A stretch of DNA of 60,018 bases, the filler included. It is 6 parts of 6 records of this genome, joined end to end, with 100 filler letters (N's around TTAATTAATTAA, not from the genome) between each part and the next. Parts side by side here need not be neighbours in the genome. Positions count along the whole stretch, not along the records: positions 47,326 to 54,245 come from DRR378314_1857; positions 54,346 to 60,018 come from DRR378314_1860; 4 more parts are not named here. The stretch is one strand, 5' to 3'. Below, one piece after another: positions 50,801-60,018 of this stretch. Under the pieces are notes generated by a model. It saw nothing but the letters and a program-made list of their open reading frames with translations. It was not told where the DNA came from and ran no database searches. Numbering within the stretch: position 1 is the stretch's first letter; each line of letters opens with the position of its first letter. A program made the position numbers and the translations under genes.

Positions 50801-53734
50801 TGGATACGTCATCCGATACCGCGTCACCTGCCTGCGCGATCAGCTCCAGCACCGTGTCTACATACCACTTGAGATCGGTGGCGAAGTTCTCTGCGAGAAT
50901 AGCAGCGCGCAGGACGAGTTCCTCGCTATTCCGCGGAAGAGCGACGTGGCGACCACGACGGACAAGTGAGGGAGAGGAGATGATAACGGCGGTGATGACG
51001 ATATCGCTGTTGTTCACAATGATTACGACAACAGCGAAGAAGACGAAGATGATGAACGAAGAGACACTGATATCCGCGCCCGCGCGCGAGATGAAGAGCA
51101 ACGTACGATGTGAATGTTCTGAACAGCGAGTAGAACACGGATATAGAGAAGGGAAAACAGAGGAATGTAGGCAGAAACGAGCGAGTTGGGACACCTGTCC
51201 GCGATCTCACGTACCGAATGTCGAAGTCTCCGGACTGGAGATAGTTGACCATTTCGCCCACGATTGCGCGAGAATTCGACTCGTCGCACATGTTGTACAT
51301 GAGATCGAGCGCGCGACGACGAATCGACACATCCCTACAAATAAAATCGGGAAAAAAAACAGCGTGGAAAGTAGAAAGAAAATAACGTAGAGTCCAACAA
51401 GAACCACCATCGTGTGAGAAGAAGCCCAGAAAGATGGACCACACGATCGCGCGACGCCTTCGACGGCACGAAAAGAAAGGAATTCCACGCGCGAAAAGCA
51501 TTGTAACAACACAAACGAGCGCATAATGAAGCTACAAGTATCGTATGGAGCTTGTTTCTCCACACGGAACAGCTGATGTGAATGAAGTAACAAAACGATG
51601 AGGATTCTCTCAGCGATAAAACGAGCACACAACCAACGAGCGATCAAGAAACATGTTCTCTTTCGGGCTGTTCCGTCAACGAAATGATAGAGAAACGGAG
51701 AAAAGAACTCGTCACAATCACACGAAATGCAGGATCTCACGGAGCTATGATGCAACACATCGGACGTTCTCCCCCACTTCGATCGTGGACAGTTCCGCAC
51801 AAACCCAACAGTATCGAAGCTGAAATGTCTGCTAAGCACCTTCATGCACGACAAAAAGAAACATGAATCTCGCTATTTCGCCACAACCGTGAAATTCCTA
51901 TCCGCTTCCGCGTTCTACCTCGTTCGTTTCATGAACGAACGAACAACATGACATCAGTACCTCGTCCTTTTGCAACGGAACTCCTTCAGCGCGTAACGGC
52001 AACCTCGTTGCCCATCTCCCTCTACAACAACTCATACGTGCTTTCCTGCTCTTTTCATACGTACCTATCACGAAGAGCGCGAGTCGTTTGCGCCAAATAC
52101 TGCTGCAGAGACTCCTTCATTCCTTCCACAGCACTCAAACGGCACATCGTGTCCAGAGCGAGATAACGGACGTTTGCGATCGGGTCTTTCGCGGACATGA
52201 ATTTACCGACGTGGTTCACGGCAGCAATGAGGATGTCGCGATCAATGTGCGCGTCATAGTGCAGGCACAGGTGAATCGCTTCGAAAAGAATCGCATGCGT
52301 GATGTTGATCTGTACACACGGTGGTGAAGCAGCAGTTCCGTTACAAACGCAACGCGTCAGTTGAAGAGCAGCACTTCCAGGAGGGGAAAAGGGCAACCAG
52401 CGACTCGCCTACCCCGTGATACGAGTGGAACGAGGACGGAAATGAAGTGTAATACAGCGATGTTTCGCATTGTTGAATTGTTCGCGTGCGTGTTCCCGTT
52501 AGTGTTTCACGGAGCTTCATGAAGACCGAGCGATGGGGAAAGTAACGGTCGTAACGATAGACGGAGTAGAGTGAGTTTCCGCTCTGCACCTCTCTACTTC
52601 AATCTGCTCCACGACCTCATCAGAACCCATTGTACCGCAATCTTTCCTCTCTCTGTCGCCTATACGTAGCTTTCATGTACATAATAGCTAGATGGAGTAC
52701 AATACAGTGCCAATCGTACCCGACTAACGGAGGTTCGGCGACCACGAACGCGATTTCCGCCACTCGTTTCACTCTGGGTGATGATCCGGTTCAGGATATC
52801 ACGGATTTTACCGGCGAGTTTCGGATCGTCGGGATGCGGGAAGAACTGCAAGAAGCGCAGCGCTTTCACCTACAAACGAAAAAGAAAGAGATAGCAGGTG
52901 TACAAAGAGAGAGGAATCAGCACAACTAAAACAGCACAACAAAACGAAGGTATCGAGAAGGGGACTTGGAGAAATATTCTCACGTTTCACATTCGTTTCC
53001 GCATTGCCATCGACTGCAGTTTCGACAAATACTTTGCTCTGTTCTCTCGTCATCTACATACGACGATGATGCCCATCTCGTACACAACAGCGATTATCTT
53101 ACTCTTCTCGTACTATCGTGCCATCGTTTTCGATCAATCGCGTCCACTGTCCCTCTCTGTCTCACTCACTTTCGTAGTCTCTCTCCCCCATTTTCCTACT
53201 CCCAATAATTCAAACAAGCAAAGTCGCTCTTACGCCCACACTCGTAGTCTCTCGCCCATGCTCTCTCGCCCACGCTCTCTCGCTCTCTCGCCCACGCTCT
53301 CTCGTCCACGCACTCCCACGCTCTCTCGCCCACGCTCTCACACGCACTCCCACGCTCTCTCGCCCATGTTCTCTCGCTCACGCTCTCTCGCCCACTCTCG
53401 TAGCCTCTCTTCACCACCACCCCATCAACCTTTCCCCCCTTGCGCGATCAATGCGCTACTGTACCTGCAGCCACGGGCACGGGAATCCCGCGTAACGGTA
53501 CTCCGCGGGAATATCATGCGGATCCAGCACGAGGCGGCCGAGTAAATGCACGACGAGCGGAACCGCCTCCACCCACGGATCCGGAGTACGCTGCGCAATC
53601 CCGCTAATCAACGTAAGCATGCAATTGACAACGCCCATGTGTTTCTTGGTTTCCAGCATCTTGAGTACCGAGGAGATGAACTCTGGGCTAATGTCGATAA
53701 TGTCGCTGTGTCGGCGATACATCCTGTGCGATAC
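47817..53734 (-). CDS. AP2A: AP-2 complex subunit alpha (alpha-adaptin), partial, multi-exon
   Basis: Successive exons encode [104 protein letters not shown], a low-complexity hinge and ear start GVLFE...QIGCKSEFR. Both ends lie outside the contig. Confidence 0.92.
53248..53400. repeat. Imperfect intronic minisatellite (unit like CTCTCTCGCCCACG)
   Basis: Repeated CTCTCGCCCACG/CTCTCTCG variants inside an AP2A intron. Confidence 0.8.
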
Positions 53735-54215
53735 GACACGAACAGACGAACGATGGAAACGAAGTGAGTTCGTTCATGGACATACAGCAGGGAGAAATAG
53801 CGACGAATACTGCAATCGCTATGCGTGTTCTCCATTATGCTAAGGAGAAGAAGAACACTACGAATCGGTGCATTGAACCTTGCTACAGCAAAATGAAGAG
53901 AGAAAAACAATAATTCACGGAAATAAACATACAGAGAGAAGGAAGACCCATCTACCCGCCATTCCATTGACGTAACAGCAAGGGACATATCGTAAGGACG
54001 TCACGACCACAAAGAAACAGAATACAAGTCCAGGTGCGGAAGATGGAGCAGAAATACGGATCACATGCAGCATGGAGCGGTGATTCTCGCGCAGAGGTCT
54101 ACCGTTATTCCTCTCAGAACCGTTTCTGGGGCGTTATGAGGATTCTCACACATCAATTGAATCCCTTCACACGCTGTAACACTATTTACGTCTACGCAAG
54201 ATGAATGAAAAGCAC

Positions 54216-54245
54216 AGAGAGAGAGAGAGAGAGAGTACGGGAGAG
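54216..54245. repeat. (GA)n microsatellite at contig end
   Basis: AGAGAGAGAGAGAGAGAGAG run next to the spacer. Confidence 0.8.
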
Positions 54246-54345
54246 NNNNNNNNNNNNNNNNNNNNNNNNNNNNNNNNNNNNNNNNNNNNTTAATTAATTA
54301 ANNNNNNNNNNNNNNNNNNNNNNNNNNNNNNNNNNNNNNNNNNNN
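54246..54345. other. Artificial contig spacer
   Basis: Same linker. Confidence 0.98.
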
Positions 54346-57199
54346 CCCCCCCCCAAACAAGAAGAAAGAATGGGTTGAGACTGGGCATACGCGGGTAGCA
54401 TAGCGGCTGCAAAAGCACATTGCAAGGGTGGCCCTGGTGTACGCACTACCGCAAACCGAGCAACAGAGACCAGAATGCCGGACCACTCTGTTAAAACGCC
54501 ACCTACGCGCGAACCTGAACAAAAAGGACGAGCACTTCCAGGACAACGTGCACATCAACAGGAGATGGCAAATCTCGTACAGTGAAAACAACAACTGCTG
54601 CTGCTGCGCTGTACTGTACTGCACTGTTACTCAAAATGATCGATGTAGGCCAGGAGGGATGAGAGTGGACAGGAAATGCGCATTCGTTTGGTGTGCATAC
54701 GCATACGTGCGCGCAAAGCGTGCGTACTTGCTTTTCCGCTCCCCGCACTGCGCTGCCGAACGACACGTTGAATGCGGGACGCTGCGTCGTTCGAGAGACT
54801 TTTCTCGGCGCTCTTCACGATTTTATCGTATTCCTCCGGATCTTCAATAGCCAAGCGATCCAAGTCGCGAAGCGATAGACGGCTCTGCAGTGATGGGCGC
54901 GATGCTGTACGGTTTACAGGAAAGCAAACAATGGACGTGTTGGAAGGCGCCGCGCTGAGCCGCTGGCGTTGCTAGGTGCCAAAGCCAACGCGCGAGCTTG
55001 TACAAGAACTCCATATCAGATACGGACATCCGCGCTGTTCTACTTGGAATCACAAACTGTCTCTACCGTACTGATTGGGATAAAACGCGTGAGCAAAAGA
55101 AACGTGCTGTTCCATACAGACCAGTTGTGGATCAGGAACTGCGGGAGAATACTTCATCGCATGACAATACTCCGACGGGGACAGGGGTGAAGCAGCTCAG
55201 CCACGCGACGATCGAAACGTCGGGCGCCGCACGCAGCCAGACGCGACAATTGTGCGAGTAATGAGGATCGCTCCTCGCACGAATTCTCAGAACAGAGGCA
55301 CACCACTAGTCTGGACGAAGAGTTAATTCGATACATATACCCAACCCCCTTTACGTACTCGATGGAGCAGGTTCAGCCCCGCCTAAAAAGTCGTCAATAG
55401 CTTTCCGAGCCTGCGGCGCCTTGTGGCCTTGAGAGTCTATGGACCGAGTCGCGACGGACGTGGGTGAAGCCAAACGCAGCAGATTAGTTAGCCAGTTTTT
55501 CGCGTCAATGCCCCATTCACTTTACGGAGTATAATGAAAAGAAATCATTGTCAGCCTACGCCTGGATGGATGGGCGAAGAGGCGGCGAGGCGTAAAGGAG
55601 AGCACGAAGTATGGGATACGTGCGCAAACGAGCGGTCCGGCACGGATTTCAGCGCACCAACGTTTCCGTTGCTCTCGACACGGTCGCACAGAATGTTTTT
55701 TTTTTTCTTTTATCGCACTGCCACCCTTTTTGCACAACATCGATCCCTCTACGACAGCTACCGCTTGCATATAAGGACTAACATGCATCCTATCGAGGAA
55801 TATACGGTTCGTTCCTTTGCCGGCAAGCAGCCTCTTTTCTCATTGCTGCTCCTCCAGAGTTGCCTACATGTGCGCTATCTCAGCCGCTCGCAGAGCAGAC
55901 TTGCACTAACGAGGACGGAGCTCAAGCAGAGTTTCAACAGTCGCTCTGCGCGAGTTTGCACTCCCCCGTCTTTCGTTTCCCGGCGCTTCCGAGCAGTGAC
56001 GACGCAAGCATGCCCATACAGCTCTTAACTACATTTTTGGCACCATCAATTGAAGCCAGGCTACGGGATATGAGCGTTGCCGCCCGAGCGAGGCGTGAGT
56101 ACGCGCAGAGTACGGCAGCCGGCGAGGCACACCACGAGAATCGCGGTTCCACAGCGGTACGCTCCGCGTTCGCAGGTGCAGCCCCAGGCCACTGCCACGC
56201 ACGGCAGCGGTGCCCAACTGCACGCAAGTGCCAGACACTGCCTTTTCGTTTCCGAATACAGAGCCCTCCAGGGGTAACATGGGTATCCTCCTAACCCGTC
56301 GGTGGCCCTTTCTATCCTTTGAGCACGGAGCAGAAGAAGGGGTCCCGGGGCAGGGCGGCGCGGTACGTGCCATCCGCGGATACTTGGCTGTGCAAGGCCT
56401 TGCGAGAGTTGTACAAGCGAGCAACAGCACCGCAGCAGGAACGGCCACCCGCGGCCTGTGCGCAGCCGGAAGTCGGAGTCCCGCCCGCACGCATGCCGAT
56501 TCCATTTCATGCACTCAAAACCCTGGGGGTACACTCACTTATATATATAATCACAATTCAAGGCCTATCCAAGGCGCAACGGGTTCGATAAAGGGAATAG
56601 ATGCTCGCTTGCCGCGCACTGCAGAAGTAACGAGGAACGGCAGCGCGAAGGCAAGTGCTGCCCAAGGCGACGGAGCTGCATGTGCACCGCCCAGCCAACA
56701 CGCGGCGAAAGAGCGGATCGGAACGCAGTAACCATCGCAAAGCCGCACAACTCTCTCACCCTACAACCGCGTAAGTATCCCTACAATACATACAACATGT
56801 TTACGTACGAGAGTTACCGCTCATAAATGTCCCTGACAGAGAATGCTGGGTAGTGTCCTGCCAGGCCTGTACGAGTCCGGGCGGTCAGACGCGCTGCGTT
56901 CACCAGCTGCGGCCCGTCCGGGTAGACCCAGCAAGCTCGAGTGGGTTGTCGTAGTAGGGGAGAACCACCTGTATTTGCAGAGTGACCCGGGCGCTTTGCG
57001 AAGCGGAAGAATCTAAGCAAAACAAGAGCACCGCTCCCAGAAGAGCCCATCAGATTCGGCATGTTTCCGCGATTGATTTGGCGTTGCAAAGCGCGTCGCG
57101 CTTGATTATAAAACGTGCTGCTGTATGCTCTGGTTCAGGGCAGAAAAATGGGACTTGTAAATTAGAAAGCACGCAGCATATCCGCTCGGCGGAGCTCAG

Positions 57200-59964
57200 C
57201 GCTGCGGGAATGACCAGGCACAATGAGGATGGAAATAGCACTCCGTTATGTCCTTCCAGTTTCCGTCATAGCACGAGCGAAGGTACGAATGCCTTCGAAT
57301 CATAGGCTCGTGTGTGCGCCAGAATCCCTGCATACGGTCAACCAGGTGATTCAACCGCGGTAGGGTCGTCAGAGTACTGATTGCTTGCGAGGGAAAGAGT
57401 GTCGCACCCGCAATGCCACACTGAGCCGCAACGCACAGAAACTCCCTCGTTTCGGCGCTTCCGCGCCGCACAGGAAACTCACCGCAGCAGGTGGCTCGTC
57501 AAATTCATGCGACGAGGCTACGGAACATTCCGATCCTTCGATTCTGGTTTCGTGAACCCAACCAGGCGGGAAGACTATCATCTCTCCAGCACGCAGCACG
57601 TCTTCGTAAACAGGCACCCATGGCCGTCCCGACGGCGTCAACGATCCATCGGGTTGAAGCGGGCCAAGGCGCCACCGCTTTGCGCCGGTGTATTGAGCGC
57701 TGCGCGTCAATAAACCGTAACAGATGCTGTGGCATAAGATGAACAAATATTCAGCTTCATATATATTTCAGCGCTCAAACAAACAAAGGCTGCACCGCAG
57801 CTTGCGAATAGTCAGCGAAGAGTGCCATGCAACGCTTTGTCGTAGTTTTCCCAGCGCCTCTGGTGGCAGGCAAACTATCCCATGACGCAATACGAAGGGC
57901 GTCGCGCGGGCATGCAAACAGGAGAAATAAGAACCAAGCAGGCAAAACTCCAAATCACGTGCCGTACTTCGAACCGAAGTAAACAAACGCATACTCGAAA
58001 GCTGCGAAGCTGCTAGCAAGACCCAGGCGGGTTCGGGAGCTTGGGTGCACTCTTTCTCTGAATCGAAACGATACCCCGCAGAAGCCCGTCACAATGGTAG
58101 CCAAGAGATTCTGTTCGCCTTTCTCGTGACAACAACACAATGCATCAGTGCAACTCGGCGCCTTCCAAGCGCACCTATAGTATTGACCGCTGCAGATCTT
58201 ATCGACGTGTGTGTCCGCACCAGCCCCGTCGTATCCCCAAAAAATTTCCAGATGGTGGGCATGCCACCACCTATTCAATGGCGTATCCGGAAGAAAATAG
58301 GGGAGCCCAATGTCGCGTAAGACCTGCAGCACCGTCAAGACCAATATAAAGAATCGACAGAGCGCGCACTTCGTTATTTCCGTCCGATTGATCTCCGGAA
58401 AGTAGCACTCACTAGTCCCGAATAGCGACGACCAGTTTGCGGCCGATTCCATCTGTATTCCGCAAAGGAACTTCATGGCACAGGACGTTATGTAGCCCTT
58501 CGTGGTAGCTCTGCCAAAACAGCTCGCCTCTCGCTGCTACAGCTTTCCGAATGAACAGTGCAGTTGAGAGTGCCCATCATAAAGCAAGGCGACCGGGTGC
58601 GCGCAACTGGCACTGCGAGTACGTACGGGAGAGCCGCACGCATTCTAGCGCAGGCAGCACGGACGTGACCCATACGGTGCGGACTGCAAACGGGTCAAGT
58701 CAGGATATCATACCTGTTCTTTGCGGGCATTCGTCGTGGTGTCCGCAGATGCTCCTTTCAGATCCCAGTACCACGTGACGTGGGTCGGCGAGCGGCGGTC
58801 TTTGTGCGGATCGCGCCGCTGCCGCAACTGCGCGCGCCCTCCGAGAGCGTCGCCGAGTTTCGCTGGCTGACGGCCGTCATAGAACCCGATCACGTCGACA
58901 TCGCTGTACTCTGTGCGAAAGAAGTCGCACGTCCATTTCGACTTTGCTCCCCAGTGCGTCATCGCGTCCGTTATGATGACGGGGATGCCGGGTATCGCGA
59001 AATCATTGGCAAATTCGTCTAAGGTTAGATTCGAACGCCGAGGTATCGGGAGCGGCCTGCCCTGCGATGCTGCTTTGCGCGCATCGCGCGCTAGCGAGAG
59101 CACAGGCAAGTGAGGGTTCCTTCGAGTTTTGCGCTTGTACAAGGGTACTTGTGCGACGTATTTCCGGACAGGGTGATGTTGCGCTACCAAAAGATGCTTG
59201 TAATTTAGCTGCGCCTGCTCTAAATCAGGCTGGATCTCGATCGCGCGCCGGTAGAGCGCAAGGGCCCTCCCTGTCTGCCCCAGACGCTCCAGTGCCAGGC
59301 CAAGGTTCACCATGGTCGGCGCATGACTAGGGTATCGTGAGAGGCTTTCCTCGTAGAATGATATTGATTCCCTTTGTCGACCGCATTTGGTGAGAAAAAG
59401 GCCCAAGTTGAAATGGATCATACCAAGAGCTTCGAGCTCGATTGGACTGGCGCGCTGCAGCGCGTGCTCCGCTAGCATCACCGCTCGGAGATAGCTGCCT
59501 TTCTTATAGGCCGCCATAGCCTCTTCGCCTGCTTCACGCACAGAGCGTACTCCACTCGGGCGATGGCATACCACGCGGTCCAATGTGCTGTTGAGCGTGA
59601 GCGACTGCCATGGACTTAGTCGCGCGGCCTCAATGTTCCCCACAGGAACGTACAGCTCCAGATCAGAACGCACAGCATCATACGAATCCAGGATCCGGTG
59701 TACGAGCCGTTCGGTATCCTGCGGCGCACGCTCTTCAGCAGCCACGGGTAAGGCAGCGTCTTGCCGAACTTCTGCTGCGTTCGATCCGATATCATAAAGA
59801 CCTGGGATGTTGACAGGGAGAGCAAAGACGCTCTGAAAAATTGCCGGCCCGTCCTGGGTAGTGGACTGCGTCGCACCGCGTGCCCTGCCTCCTTCCATCG
59901 TTGCGCCACTTTGCCGGCTTTGCCCGTGCTCTTGCTGCGCGTTGGTCGAGCGCGCAGCGGTCAA
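57200..59964 (-). CDS. Eukaryotic TPR-repeat + JmjC (cupin) 2OG-Fe oxygenase, multi-exon; boundaries approximate
   Basis: Large exon has TPRs (HFNLGLFL...Y...L, VNLGLAL...YRRAIEIQPD) and the JmjC lead-in PVIITDAMTHWGAKSKWT. Later exons give IFWGYDGAGADTHVD (HxD), GAKRWRL and LRAGEMIVFPPGWVHET (distal His). Confidence 0.8.
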
Positions 59965-60018
59965 CTCTTCCTCGTAGTTACTTGTACTTGGTGAATATTC
60001 TTGAGAATCTAGAGCAAA

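Noticed and set aside
54346-56800. Possible additional eukaryotic gene (minus-strand LDRLAIEDPEEYDKIVK weakly recalls a PIH1D2-like N-terminus; competing plus-strand ORFs exist)
   Set aside because: Could not build a consistent exon chain or decide the strand by eye.

Overview
The window is not one continuous locus. It is six contigs joined by artificial 100-nt spacers (44 N + TTAATTAATTAA + 44 N). Contig 1 (1-12746) is AT-rich Flavobacteriaceae-like core genome: tRNA-Ala 5' end, Usp, GNAT, MATE, crotonase, 2OG-Fe oxygenase, PHP-like lipoprotein, queD, lpxH, recJ, PNGase F-like protein, OsmC and AhpD/CMD. Contig 2 (12847-32085) is an integrase-bordered defence island. Its core is a tightly coupled minus-strand operon: half-size HsdS, HsdM, Fic, HsdS, a 1007-aa reverse transcriptase-nitrilase fusion (DRT1/UG-like, both catalytic centres intact), HsdR and an M48/YgjP-like metallopeptidase. 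A divergent NLR/STAND-like ATPase-TPR gene, a catalytically altered SRAP gene and repeated att-like sequences follow; one att-like copy matches the very end of contig 1. Contigs 3-6 (32186-60018) are more GC-rich, intron-containing eukaryotic DNA encoding a P4-ATPase flippase, an EF-hand/C2/CEP76-CC2D2A-like protein, AP-2 alpha-adaptin and a TPR-JmjC oxygenase. The most notable item is the RT-nitrilase gene nested between hsdS and hsdR of a Fic-containing type I R-M operon. All family calls come from motif recognition by eye; no searches were run.
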